The position numbers and the translations under genes are program-made. This document shows positions 1-9,982 of a DNA stretch of 45,226 bases, piece by piece. The stretch is from the sequence record SRR20825006_727, one strand, 5' to 3'. A model generated the notes under the pieces. The model saw only the letters and a list, made by a program, of their open reading frames with translations. It made no database searches and was not told the origin of the DNA. The stretch's first letter is position 1. Every line of letters starts with the position of its first letter.

Positions 1-1
1 A

Positions 2-400
2 GCGGTGGATCTCACAAACATGCCAATGAATGACTTCGATTTGGACGATTTCAAAATGGCTTGGCGAAGATATGCGCATATTTTAAAGGATAGAGGTGAA
101 AAAACCTTTTACAACGCATTGATCAAACGCGATCCAATTCCGCAACCGAATCATCAGTTTATTTTGGAAGTGGACAATGAGGTTCAGGTAGATACGATCC
201 GTTTGAAAATCTCTGAACTTCTCGGATATTTACGTGGTGAGTTAAAGAATCACGGAATTGATATCGAGCTGAAAATCACTACAAATCAGGAAAGTGAAAT
301 AAAATTCCAAACTGGAAAGGACCGATTTGCTGCGCTTGCTAGAAAGAATCCAAATCTTCACGCGTTGAAGAAGATGTTTAATCTGGATATTGAGTTTTGA
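2..400 (+). CDS. dnaX: C-terminal part of DNA polymerase III subunit gamma/tau-like protein (5'-truncated by window edge)
   Basis: Frame is open to the window edge. Ends ...LARKNPNLHALKKMFNLDIEF, resembling the Bacteroidota tau C-terminal motif (KNPxLxxLxxxFxL). The AAA+ core is not visible. Confidence 0.6.
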   Translation, partial: AVDLTNMPMNDFDLDDFKMAWRRYAHILKDRGEKTFYNALIKRDPIPQPNHQFILEVDNEVQVDTIRLKISELLGYLRGELKNHGIDIELKITTNQESEIKFQTGKDRFAALARKNPNLHALKKMFNLDIEF

Positions 401-2790
401 AAGCCGCGTACTTTTCAATCTTCGCCGTTACTTTGAGAAAATTCATTTTAATTCGACCATACTTACTTGCCTTCATAGGATTCATAGGCATAATGTGTCA
501 TTCTTTTGGTCAAACTGATCTTGGACCAACCTCAACTATTGATCAGGAATTACTTAATCATTTCATTCTTCAAGAAGTAAACAAATACAGAAAAGCCGTT
601 AAAGCAGAACCGCTTGTAAATGAATCGCTTTTGTTTTTAGCAGCGAATGATCATTCTAACTATATGTTGGAGAAGAAAAAGGTAACGCATTATCAACGAA
701 ATAAAATAAAGAAAACGCCCAAAAACCGCGTCGATTTTTACGGTGAACAGTTCGCCACTGTTGGAGAAAATGTTCAACAAAACAGTCTAAATTTGGGTTC
801 AACCGCAAACGATAAAACACATCCTCTTGTTCACACGTACGAGCAATTGGCAGAAAAACTCGTTCTTGCTTGGCGAAATTCTCCTCCGCATTACGCCAAT
901 ATGATCAGTGATAACTACTTGAACACTTACACTTCGATTTCAGTTTCAGAAAATGGTGAAGTCTACGCCTGTCAACTTTTTGGTGGTTCCGTATATCACG
1001 ATAAATACAAGGAATTTAATGACACTGTTCACTATAAACCAGATAATCCGCGTAAATGTCGGAGTTGTCGCTCACGTCCTCCAGTTGGATATGTAACTGT
1101 TCTCGCTGACAGCACCATCCTTTTCCAATATTCTATCCCAAAAATCAAGCTGCATTTCTCAAAATCCCGAATGCGTTTTTACAATCCTTGGAGAGATGGA
1201 CTCGCGGCTGACATTGTTGTGAAATCTCAATATTCATGCGACAGTAGCTCATATTCTAACGGTAAAACTGGAGTTTCAGGAATTCCACTAAAACCAGTTT
1301 ATAAAAAAGACTTTGGGTTTATTGGACTGAAAAGGACCTCTATTGTTTTGGGGAAAGTACCGGATTACATCGATGAAGAATTTGAAGTAAACTTGACTGT
1401 GATTCAGAATAAAAGAACCTGTGTTAATGTTGTTTATTACACTCAACCAGCACGTTTTAACGTTGAAATCCCTTTGGATTTAGGTCTGAATCAAGCAGAT
1501 ATTCTCCAAACCGAATTTATCTATGATACAATGTCTATCAAATTGTTTTTTGATAAGTCGATCACCACTTTAAGCGATAGTTCCTTAGTCCAGGTGACGG
1601 AATTGATTCACAAAAATGCTCCGATTGCCACTAAAATAGAACTTGCAGGTTTTGCGAGCATCGAAGGAAGCACTGAAAACAATATTGAGTTGTTTAAACG
1701 GAGAACGGAGTTACTTTTCGACCATCTGATTTCATTAGGCATCGACTCGAACAAGATTACGGCTAAATCCGAAGAGAACTTTACAGACTTTCGACAAGAC
1801 ATCAATGAAACGGAATTGGAGGATTGGAATCAACTTTCGGATTCCGAGTTAAAAAGTCGATTGCAAGACAAAAAACTCAGTGATTCACTTGAATTTCTGC
1901 TTAAAAATCATCGTTTTGTCGAATTGAGAATTGAAACAAAAAAGGAAGTCAGTCGAAAGTTTACAGGCAAAGAAATTCTTGCCCAGCTCCAGAAGAACAT
2001 CGATAATGAAAACATTCTGAAAAGTACAGAATTGCAAAAAGTCGCTTTCTCTCTGGCTCTGTCCGATGAAATTTCAAATCAAGAAATCGCGAACATTTCA
2101 ATTCCTAATGAATCAAAATACACCCAACTCCTTCATAACCATGCAGTGATTAAATTCTACTTGGATTCATTAAACCCAAGTGCTTTGGACAATTTTGAAC
2201 AGGAGTTAAAAGCCATTCTTCCGCTTAATGTGCGAGATAAACGAATAAACACATCACTTGCCATCATTGAATATCTAAAGGGAAACTGGCCAACAGTGAG
2301 AGCAAAAAAGGATTATTTCAAAGATTTAAAAAAGCGTAAATACATCGACCCAGTCATAAAAGCACGAATCCTTCTGAGTTTTTCTACCCAAGTTGACTGG
2401 AGAACTTATCGCAAAACTGGCTCAATGCAGCAAAGAAAATATTTCTATAATAAGGTAAAGAAGTACATTAAGCCTGCAAAACTAGATGTGGACAAAACCT
2501 TTGATATTGCTTCCTATTATTCTTTCTTTCAGCAGAATAAATATGCTTTTGATTTGACAAAAAGTAAAATTGATGAAACCGAAAATCCTGACAATCTGAT
2601 TTATTTCCTCAAGCTTATTCACCTCACTGATGTAAAAATCCCGCGTAAAACATACCTCAGATACTTTGAGAAAATCAGAAAGTATTCAGGTGCTCAATTC
2701 TGTAGCTATTTTAATAGTCCAGGCTTAAATTTTCAAATTCTCGATGATGAGGAAATCAAAGAAATCTATTGTAGGGAATGTGGGAAGTAA
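397..2790 (+). CDS. Secreted CAP (SCP/PR-1) domain protein with central OmpA-C-like domain; true start may be TTG 433
   Basis: CAP motifs EVNKYR, AANDHSNYM, GENV and WRNSPPHYANM. OmpA-like segment LFFDKS...IELAGFASIEGSTENNIELFKRR...RFVEL. Signal-like N-terminus from 433. Confidence 0.75.
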   Translation: MKAAYFSIFAVTLRKFILIRPYLLAFIGFIGIMCHSFGQTDLGPTSTIDQELLNHFILQEVNKYRKAVKAEPLVNESLLFLAANDHSNYMLEKKKVTHYQRNKIKKTPKNRVDFYGEQFATVGENVQQNSLNLGSTANDKTHPLVHTYEQLAEKLVLAWRNSPPHYANMISDNYLNTYTSISVSENGEVYACQLFGGSVYHDKYKEFNDTVHYKPDNPRKCRSCRSRPPVGYVTVLADSTILFQYSIPKIKLHFSKSRMRFYNPWRDGLAADIVVKSQYSCDSSSYSNGKTGVSGIPLKPVYKKDFGFIGLKRTSIVLGKVPDYIDEEFEVNLTVIQNKRTCVNVVYYTQPARFNVEIPLDLGLNQADILQTEFIYDTMSIKLFFDKSITTLSDSSLVQVTELIHKNAPIATKIELAGFASIEGSTENNIELFKRRTELLFDHLISLGIDSNKITAKSEENFTDFRQDINETELEDWNQLSDSELKSRLQDKKLSDSLEFLLKNHRFVELRIETKKEVSRKFTGKEILAQLQKNIDNENILKSTELQKVAFSLALSDEISNQEIANISIPNESKYTQLLHNHAVIKFYLDSLNPSALDNFEQELKAILPLNVRDKRINTSLAIIEYLKGNWPTVRAKKDYFKDLKKRKYIDPVIKARILLSFSTQVDWRTYRKTGSMQQRKYFYNKVKKYIKPAKLDVDKTFDIASYYSFFQQNKYAFDLTKSKIDETENPDNLIYFLKLIHLTDVKIPRKTYLRYFEKIRKYSGAQFCSYFNSPGLNFQILDDEEIKEIYCRECGK

Positions 2791-2886
2791 CGAAACTTAA
2801 TTGCCTACCATACTGATAATCTAACTCGATTATAAAGTTGTTTTTTTGGATCAATTTTTGTTTGTAATTCTCAACTTTTGATCCCT

Positions 2887-3756
2887 ATGTCACGAACACT
2901 TCTCCTTCTTTCATTTTTTATTCTTTCGTTGATTTCGTGCACTTCCAAAAACGGTGAAGACTGCACGAACCAAGGACAATTCAGCGAAGTCGACAGCCTA
3001 GAAATTCTTCCCTCCATCCTCGCAGATATGAAGGAAGAAATGTACGCAACGGAGCATTTGAATACAAATTCGGATACAACAAAACTAATGATCTCATGCT
3101 GCGATTGCCCCTCAAAGCTCGACATTCGAATAGATAGCCTCGATGAGATCAGTATTAATAATGGTCCAGTAAAAACTCAAAATGCCATTATTGATTCTCT
3201 AAATGAATATTTTAGGCGAAGTGAAAATCAGAATCAATATGGGTATGCACATTTCGAACGTCTATCCATAACGGAAATAAAAGAGAATGTTTATCGCTAC
3301 CAAGGATACTTACACGAATCAAAAAAACTAAATGCTATTGAGCCTATCATTGCTTATAGACAACTAGCACTCTCTGAATGGAAAAAACGATTAGAAATTT
3401 GTACCATTCTTCATGTCGATTCAATCATTTTTTTAAGCAACTACTCAGGAGTTTACTTAAAGTATTACTCTCACAACTTACCATTGAATGTTTTAGAAAC
3501 GATTCTTCGTGGCTTTTATGAAATCAGAGAATCTGCCACCCAGCGCTATTTTGGAGAATCGTACCTTCGCCTTTTTTCACGAGCCAAAACCCAACACAAA
3601 AAAAATGATCTAGATAAACTTCGCGCTATTAATTATCTCATTCCAATTAGAATCGTCGATCAACCAAATTTAAAACGTTACAAAAATTTAACTCACTATG
3701 ACTACACCTATTCTTATGAAGGATCGCTAGTCCCACCTGTATTGGTCAAGCAATGA
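2887..3756 (+). CDS. Lipoprotein, paralog of 3753-4640, with a possible ExbD-like periplasmic fold
   Basis: Lipobox LISC after a hydrophobic stretch (start at ATG 2887). Shares DSLEILxSILxDMKEExY and GxYxxRExxxQxYFxESY with the next gene. Confidence 0.7.
   Translation: MSRTLLLLSFFILSLISCTSKNGEDCTNQGQFSEVDSLEILPSILADMKEEMYATEHLNTNSDTTKLMISCCDCPSKLDIRIDSLDEISINNGPVKTQNAIIDSLNEYFRRSENQNQYGYAHFERLSITEIKENVYRYQGYLHESKKLNAIEPIIAYRQLALSEWKKRLEICTILHVDSIIFLSNYSGVYLKYYSHNLPLNVLETILRGFYEIRESATQRYFGESYLRLFSRAKTQHKKNDLDKLRAINYLIPIRIVDQPNLKRYKNLTHYDYTYSYEGSLVPPVLVKQ
2992..3046 (+). repeat. 55-nt direct repeat, copy 1 (copy 2 at 3861-3915)
   Basis: gacagcctagaaattcttccctccatcctcgcagatatgaaggaagaaatgtacg; 4 mismatches versus copy 2. 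Confidence 0.9.
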
Positions 3757-4640
3757 AGAAACTCTCTTTCCTCCTAGTCTCAATTATATCCGTTGTTCTC
3801 GCACTTGGTTGTGAAAGCGGAACTAAATCTGAAAATGATTCTTCTGAATTCACTTCAAACGACAGCTTAGAAATTCTTTCCTCCATCCTCACAGATATGA
3901 AGGAAGAAATATACGAGTACAATACCATCATGACGAATTTGGATGCTGCGTTTATTAATGATAATCCAAAGTATGTAATTCCATACTGTGGATTGAATTA
4001 CACTTTGACCATCCGAATTAACAGTCAACATAAATTAATGATTGGAGATGAATTGATTTCGGACTTTTCTCAAGTTACTCCTCGAGTAGTTGAATATTTT
4101 TCGGCCAATGAAGAAAGCAACGACTTAAACTCTCCCTTCCCTCTTTTCTCTAGAGCTACCAAGCAGGATATTACCGACAATCTGAATCGTGTCAAGGAAG
4201 AGCTTTCGGGAATTGAAAAAGATAAAGAAGCTGCAAAAGGTATGATCGAGTTCAAAAAGAAACAGTTGGAAGAATGGGAAACGAAGCTAAGAGTGATCAA
4301 AACGCTTGGAATCGAAGAACTACCCGAAGTTCATAGTAAAGCAAAAGTGATCATTGAAAGTCATCCGAAGACAGCAAAAGCACGCCATGATCAAATTCTA
4401 GACAGTGTGATCATTGGATACTACCTTCTCCGAGAACGACATACACAGAAATACTTTCAGGAATCGTACGTCCGCATTTTTAATCGCCAGATGAGGCACC
4501 CTAATTCTGCTGATAAAGATAAACTTGAAGTGATAACCTGTCTGAATCAATTGAAAGTTATTGACCATGCGACACTTAAAAAGTCTGTCCATATTCTTCC
4601 CATACCATACGAACCTACTCCACCACCAAGAATGGAATAA
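3753..4640 (+). CDS. Lipoprotein, paralog of 2887-3756, with a possible ExbD-like periplasmic fold
   Basis: Lipobox ALGC; ATGA overlap with the upstream paralog; shared motifs as above. Confidence 0.7.
   Translation: MKKLSFLLVSIISVVLALGCESGTKSENDSSEFTSNDSLEILSSILTDMKEEIYEYNTIMTNLDAAFINDNPKYVIPYCGLNYTLTIRINSQHKLMIGDELISDFSQVTPRVVEYFSANEESNDLNSPFPLFSRATKQDITDNLNRVKEELSGIEKDKEAAKGMIEFKKKQLEEWETKLRVIKTLGIEELPEVHSKAKVIIESHPKTAKARHDQILDSVIIGYYLLRERHTQKYFQESYVRIFNRQMRHPNSADKDKLEVITCLNQLKVIDHATLKKSVHILPIPYEPTPPPRME
3861..3915 (+). repeat. 55-nt direct repeat, copy 2
   Basis: gacagcttagaaattctttcctccatcctcacagatatgaaggaagaaatatacg. Confidence 0.9.
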
Positions 4641-4767
4641 ATAAGTTAGAGCGCAGTTGTGTTTCTTTATTTTTACTCGGATTGATTTTTTTATCTCCAA
4701 AGAATAACCTTATTTTTAGTCCAATCATTCAGTCGTGTATTTCGACTTGAAGTAATAATCCACATTC

Positions 4768-6120
4768 ATGAAACATCTATTTTGCACCTTTTTCGCACTT
4801 GCGTTATTTACTTTTTCTTCATTTGGACAAGCGCCTCAAGGAATCAATTATCAAGCGGTTGTTAGGGATGGTGCAAACGCAATTCTGATGAATCAAGCGG
4901 TTGGAATGCGGGTTATTCTTCGTCAGGGATCGGTGAACGGAACTTCCGTTTACACTGAAACATTCACCAGTACAACGAACTCATTTGGACTCGTAAATCT
5001 GATCATAGGAACGGGAAATACTGTGGACAATTTCTCTACTATTGATTGGTCGAATGGTCCATTCTTCGTCGAAATTTCGGTTGACATTGCTGGAGGAACA
5101 AACTATGCAGTTATGGGAACAAGTCAACTGATGAGTGTTCCCTACGCACTTTATGCTGAAAACGCTGGGAGCTCAACTCCTGGTCCGCAAGGTCCACAAG
5201 GAAATACGGGCGCAGTTGGTCCACAAGGTCCGATTGGAAACACAGGTCCTCAAGGGCCACAAGGAAATATAGGTGCAGTTGGACCGCAAGGGCCGATCGG
5301 TAACACGGGTTCACAAGGTCCAGCAGGGAATGGAATTGCAAGTACTATCGACAATGGTAATGGAACACTCACCTATGTATACGATAACGGGAGCACTTTC
5401 ACTACGTCAAATTTACAAGGTCCAATTGGACCACAAGGACCGCAGGGAATCCAAGGATTAGCAGGAAATGGAATTGTAAGTACCATCGACAACGGAAACG
5501 GAACACTCACTTTTCAATTTGACAATGGAAGCTCGTTTACAACTCCAAATTTGCAAGGTCCAACTGGACCAACAGGAAGCCCTGGTTTACAAGGAGAAGC
5601 TGGAACAAGTGTTTGTGAACTAATTAAAACTGGAGACGGACGAATTGTGGTGTATGGCGCGACCACTGCGCGCGGATTTGGGAAAAATTTCACGAGTGGA
5701 AGTAATTGGTATAATGTCAGCATTAACGGATCTATTCTCGGTGCCATTGCTTCGGATACAAACATTGTGATTTACACCGCTACAAATGCCTACGGATTTG
5801 GATTTAATTTCACAAGCGGGAGCAGTTGGTATCCTATTACACTTTCATCGCCCATCGTTGGATTCGAAGTTTGTAGTGGAAGAATTGTTCTCTACAACAA
5901 CACTGAGGCGTATGGTTTTGGATTTAATTTCACAAGTGGAAGCAGCTGGTATACACGTGTTATCTCTGGACCAATTGATTTTTCGGAAGCAGCAGGAAAT
6001 CGAATTGTCATTGGAAACGCATCGGATTCTTACGGATTCGGCTATCAAGGTACAAGTGGGAGTTCTTGGTACAACACGTCATTCGGAGTAACCTCTCCTT
6101 CAACTATTGGAACTGATTGA
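4768..6120 (+). CDS. Collagen-like (Gly-X-Y) surface fibre protein with four C-terminal 40-aa repeats
   Basis: Signal peptide, Bacteroidota [15 protein letters not shown]-domain, GPQGPQ triplets, duplicated [16 protein letters not shown] module, and four GFGxxxTSGSxWY repeats. Confidence 0.85.
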   Translation: MKHLFCTFFALALFTFSSFGQAPQGINYQAVVRDGANAILMNQAVGMRVILRQGSVNGTSVYTETFTSTTNSFGLVNLIIGTGNTVDNFSTIDWSNGPFFVEISVDIAGGTNYAVMGTSQLMSVPYALYAENAGSSTPGPQGPQGNTGAVGPQGPIGNTGPQGPQGNIGAVGPQGPIGNTGSQGPAGNGIASTIDNGNGTLTYVYDNGSTFTTSNLQGPIGPQGPQGIQGLAGNGIVSTIDNGNGTLTFQFDNGSSFTTPNLQGPTGPTGSPGLQGEAGTSVCELIKTGDGRIVVYGATTARGFGKNFTSGSNWYNVSINGSILGAIASDTNIVIYTATNAYGFGFNFTSGSSWYPITLSSPIVGFEVCSGRIVLYNNTEAYGFGFNFTSGSSWYTRVISGPIDFSEAAGNRIVIGNASDSYGFGYQGTSGSSWYNTSFGVTSPSTIGTD

Positions 6121-6130
6121 TTTCGTGGAA

Positions 6131-6553
6131 TTAAACGTTCGACCTAGTGAATTCATCTGCTTGAGTAACGGACGCTTCGTACAACTCAATGGGTAATCCA
6201 TCTGGATCTGCGAAAAATGTAAATCGCTTGTTTGTGTATTCATCTATTCGGACAACTTCCAATTCTACGCCTTTTTCGTTGAGTTGAGCAATCGAATCAT
6301 CCAAATTTTCTACTTGAAAAGCCAAATGTCGCAATCCTACAGCTTCTGGTCGCGAAGGTCGTTTCGGCGGATCTGGAAATGAAAAAAGTTCAATGATGTA
6401 TTCTCCGTTCAAAGCTAAATCCAATTTATACGATTGTCGTTCTTCACGGTAGACTTCTCGTATTATTTCTAATCCTAGAATTTGAGTATAAAATTGCTTT
6501 GAACGATTGTAATCGGAGCAAATGATTGCGATGTGGTGGATTTTTTTGAGCAC
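6131..6553 (-). CDS. VOC / glyoxalase family protein (YaeR-like)
   Basis: IHHIAIICSDY...GLRHLAFQV...FFADPDGLPIELYE. Confidence 0.9.
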   Translation of the reverse strand: MLKKIHHIAIICSDYNRSKQFYTQILGLEIIREVYREERQSYKLDLALNGEYIIELFSFPDPPKRPSRPEAVGLRHLAFQVENLDDSIAQLNEKGVELEVVRIDEYTNKRFTFFADPDGLPIELYEASVTQADEFTRSNV

Positions 6554-8623
6554 TTAGAATTGAATTCTCAATTGCACTGTTACATCTGAACGTGAAGAAC
6601 CTTGAATTTCTTCCGAACCAGTTCCGATAGATTGACGATTCGAGAAAACGCTCACTCCATAGCGCACCCATAAATCACATTTGCGAAGGAATGAATAACG
6701 GATCATTGCGTACGCACGACTTCCTTGATAATAGTATGCAGGTGCCGAAAACACGTACAAAGCGTTACTTTCAAACGTGTAAATTCGAGAATCGTAGCTA
6801 TCTGTATCGAACAACGCATAACGAAGCGAGAACTCCAACGGGAACGATTTTGGTTGAAACTGAACATCTTGAATGATCACAAATCCAGCTTCGGGTTCAT
6901 TGCTTTTTCGATTAATTGTAACGTACTCCAAGCGACTTTTTAATCGGAAACTCTCGGATACTTTATAGTTGAAATTAATTCTGTAATTCCGCTGGCGTAC
7001 ATCTTCCAATTCTGTGATTGTCCCATCCGAATCACGACTGTTCTTCTGGCGAACTTGCTCTCGAAAACGTCCATAAATTTCCAATTCTCGGTTCGGCTTG
7101 AACGAAGGTTGAATCATAAATTCATGTCCCACCGACGGAGCATCCACCTGGTATCTCAGCCACGGAAACTTAAACACGTCCGCATAAGCGTTCACACTCC
7201 AAGCGCGAGAAAGTGCGACTTTAATTCCAGTGTAAATTCCTTTTTCATTCTGCGTACTGCTGCTCTCTGCAAATCCCGTATTGTAAAACGTTTGGTACGC
7301 GCGGCTATAATTTCGATAAGCGACGCTCATGGAAGCTCTACTATCTATTGAAAAAAGCGCTCCATACAACTGAGCAAAGCTTGACGAATGTGTTGCATAG
7401 GAAACCTCCCCGAAGAAATTAAAGTTTTTTACCACCCAACTGTAGTCTGCGCTCAGAGCGGTTGTTCCTTTTCCTCTGAAATCGAATGCGTTGTATGGAA
7501 ACGTATCCTTAATAAATGGCTTGTCAAAGCCTTGATATACTCCCGCGAGCCCAGCTTGGAAATTTTGTTTTGCATATTTCAAGTTGGCTCCCGTAATAAT
7601 TTCGGTAAGACCGTCTTTTCGCTCTACTTCACGATTTGTTCGATGTAATCCTCTCTGATCGAGCGATGACACAAAAATTTCATTACTGGCAATCGTATCA
7701 GTCACAAACGCCCCGTCAATTTTTTTATAGGATCCAAATGTCAGCAAAGAGAAGTTGCCATATCCAACTTCAACCGCGGCTCCACGAAGAAATCGGGTTT
7801 CGTCTACTGATGTGTATGGACGAAGTGAATTTGCCGTTTTTTTTATGTTTGTCGCATCTGCTGTTTTTCCAAACGCGTAGCCCGACCAAAGATTTAATCC
7901 TTGTCCTATTTGAATTTGATAATCGCCAAGCGCTACAGATCTCAGATATTTTCCACCCTTGAAAAAAGCATGTGCGGAATAAAAATCAAATCCTTGACGT
8001 TGACTTCCCTTGAAAAACTCTTCTCCTGGATCTTTTTCAGCTGTAATTCCAGCACTCAAGTTTGTTCGATAACTGTATCTGAGACGCGTGTAGTATCTGT
8101 CTGAATTTCCTAAATAATAGCTATTGCTGTTTTGTTGTACAGAATCCGAAACGTCATCGTAGCCCGATTTTCGCTCCGGAGTTCCTTGATATCGCACAAA
8201 CATTTCGAATTTCCCTTGTTGAATTGCTTCCTTAAAATTTACGTGTAACTGATCGAGTTTATCATCAACGTTTACAAACGGAAGTACAAATTGAATAGTG
8301 CTTAAATCCCAAAAAGGTAAACTCTGAAGTTCATAAATCGAAATAAACTTGCCGAATGCTTGTCTATGAAGTAATAAATCATTGATTTGCACATCCGATA
8401 AAAGCGTCAATTCTTCCAATTGTTCGCGGGTTGCGCTATTCAAATTAAGTGGTCGATCGAAGTAATAATTTAGAATTTCAACCAAGTTGGTTAAATCAAT
8501 TTCCTCAGATTCCAACTGTTCCGAAATAAACTCGATTCGTTGCTGAATAAGCTCATTTTTTTCCTGTGCCACACAATTCCATGCAGCAAAAAGAACGAAA
8601 AAAATGAGTGTTTTTCTAAACAT
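6554..8623 (-). CDS. Helix-hairpin-helix (ComEA-like) domain protein fused to a predicted outer-membrane beta-barrel
   Basis: PLNLNSATREQLEELTLLS...HRQAFGKFISIYEL is a ComEA-type HhH region. Long amphipathic beta-strand region ending in the beta-signal VQLRIQF; signal peptide. Confidence 0.75.
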   Translation of the reverse strand: MFRKTLIFFVLFAAWNCVAQEKNELIQQRIEFISEQLESEEIDLTNLVEILNYYFDRPLNLNSATREQLEELTLLSDVQINDLLLHRQAFGKFISIYELQSLPFWDLSTIQFVLPFVNVDDKLDQLHVNFKEAIQQGKFEMFVRYQGTPERKSGYDDVSDSVQQNSNSYYLGNSDRYYTRLRYSYRTNLSAGITAEKDPGEEFFKGSQRQGFDFYSAHAFFKGGKYLRSVALGDYQIQIGQGLNLWSGYAFGKTADATNIKKTANSLRPYTSVDETRFLRGAAVEVGYGNFSLLTFGSYKKIDGAFVTDTIASNEIFVSSLDQRGLHRTNREVERKDGLTEIITGANLKYAKQNFQAGLAGVYQGFDKPFIKDTFPYNAFDFRGKGTTALSADYSWVVKNFNFFGEVSYATHSSSFAQLYGALFSIDSRASMSVAYRNYSRAYQTFYNTGFAESSSTQNEKGIYTGIKVALSRAWSVNAYADVFKFPWLRYQVDAPSVGHEFMIQPSFKPNRELEIYGRFREQVRQKNSRDSDGTITELEDVRQRNYRINFNYKVSESFRLKSRLEYVTINRKSNEPEAGFVIIQDVQFQPKSFPLEFSLRYALFDTDSYDSRIYTFESNALYVFSAPAYYYQGSRAYAMIRYSFLRKCDLWVRYGVSVFSNRQSIGTGSEEIQGSSRSDVTVQLRIQF

Positions 8624-8625
8624 TC

Positions 8626-9441
8626 TTAGTTTTTATCCTGTTGGAAAATAAGCGAAAAATGCGGCGACCAGCCTAATGTTTGATGATACGCCGATCCAAG
8701 ACCAATTTCAAATTGCTTAAAGTGATAGCCCATACCAAAAGTCAATTCCGTTGGTCCAGTTGCAACGCCTCCTCTAAATTTGAGTTCTTTCACCAATTCA
8801 TATTCAATCCCAGCTTTTAGTCGCGGAACATATTCCAAGTCCTTTTCTAATTCCAAGGCAATCAACACGCGCTTCGAAAAATTGTAAGATGTTCCCAGTC
8901 TCATTACCGTTGAAAAACGATCATCTTGAAAATCGGACAATTTTGCTCGTCCAATATTATTTACGCTCGCCCCTATTCTCAATTGATCTGTCACTTTTGC
9001 ATATACTCCTGCTTCTCCACTTAACGCACTCGCCGTACCATAAGCTTCCGCAAGTCTCAGCCCTTGATAATTCATTTGAACTCCTGCGAAAAAGCGTTCA
9101 GAGAGTTGCATGCTATATCCCATTCCCATTCGATAGGTTCTAAAATCAGTATATCCATACGTTTGTCCTCCAAAAGACAAAACTCCTTTTTTGATTGGAA
9201 CCACAGCTGCAAAACCTTGACTTTGAAGTTCTTTAAGAAGAAATCGATTCTCGTAGGAGATTCCAACAGAAAATTCATCAACGTCTCCTAGTGCTCCTGG
9301 ATTATTCTGATAGGCCCAAACATCATTCAGTGTAACCGAAGCATTTGCCATAGACATGGATCTTGCTCCCATGGGAACCCATCCTTGAGCCAAGGTTAAA
9401 AATGAAATACCTGAACAGGCTAAAACAAGTAATAGTTTCAT
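8626..9441 (-). CDS. PorV/PorQ-like (FadL-superfamily) outer-membrane barrel protein
   Basis: Signal peptide, then the GARSMSMANA...NNPGAL N-terminal plug motif and amphipathic strands. Confidence 0.65.
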   Translation of the reverse strand: MKLLLVLACSGISFLTLAQGWVPMGARSMSMANASVTLNDVWAYQNNPGALGDVDEFSVGISYENRFLLKELQSQGFAAVVPIKKGVLSFGGQTYGYTDFRTYRMGMGYSMQLSERFFAGVQMNYQGLRLAEAYGTASALSGEAGVYAKVTDQLRIGASVNNIGRAKLSDFQDDRFSTVMRLGTSYNFSKRVLIALELEKDLEYVPRLKAGIEYELVKELKFRGGVATGPTELTFGMGYHFKQFEIGLGSAYHQTLGWSPHFSLIFQQDKN

Positions 9442-9899
9442 TTAGTATCGATTAGTCGATTTTTCTTGTCGAAAATTGCATCATTTTTATAGTCTTCCAT
9501 TTCTATAAAAAACCATTTTTTACCGTCATCTTCGGAGAGCGCAATAATCTCACAATCTTCCGCTATGGGGGTCACATAATCTTGATCTACTTTTAAAAAG
9601 CGATAGAGCACTTGAACCTTTCCCTTACTTTTCTTGATTGATCTTACGGTAGCATCCTGTAAAAAATAACCGTCAGAATCCTCCGAAGCGAGTTCGAATT
9701 TCGCTTGAAAAGTACTATCTCCAAGATCCTTGTAGTAGACTACAACACTCGGGTGCGTTAGCGACACATAGGACATAACAGCTCCCGTATTGTAAGACGC
9801 GACATATTCCGTTACCGCTTTATGCAACGAACTTTCCTGTTCGGCATTTAGCGAACAACCCACAAGAAAAAATAGAAAGATCCAGTAGTATGTTTTCAC
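9438..9899 (-). CDS. Hypothetical lipoprotein (possibly NTF2-like fold)
   Basis: GTG start, lipobox LVGC; 4-nt overlap with the downstream gene. Confidence 0.7.
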   Translation of the reverse strand: MKTYYWIFLFFLVGCSLNAEQESSLHKAVTEYVASYNTGAVMSYVSLTHPSVVVYYKDLGDSTFQAKFELASEDSDGYFLQDATVRSIKKSKGKVQVLYRFLKVDQDYVTPIAEDCEIIALSEDDGKKWFFIEMEDYKNDAIFDKKNRLIDTK

Positions 9900-9974
9900 A
9901 CGCTGAAAATAACTAAATTCATGGAGAATTTTAAGTTGAATCTGATCAAAAACAGGATTAAATTAGAAATCAAC

Positions 9975-9982
9975 TACTTTTG
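9975..9982 (+). promoter_or_regulatory. Bacteroidota -7 promoter element for the esterase gene
   Basis: TACTTTTG matches TAnnTTTG, 17 nt before ATG 10000. Confidence 0.55.

Noticed and set aside
2992-3915. 55-nt repeat pair as a DGR template/variable repeat
   Set aside because: Mismatches are not confined to adenines of one copy on one strand, the repeat is near the N-terminus, and no reverse transcriptase is in the window.
5180-5600. Nucleotide repeats (ggtccacaagg...) as a non-coding repeat array
   Set aside because: Fully explained by Gly-Pro-Gln collagen codons within the CDS.
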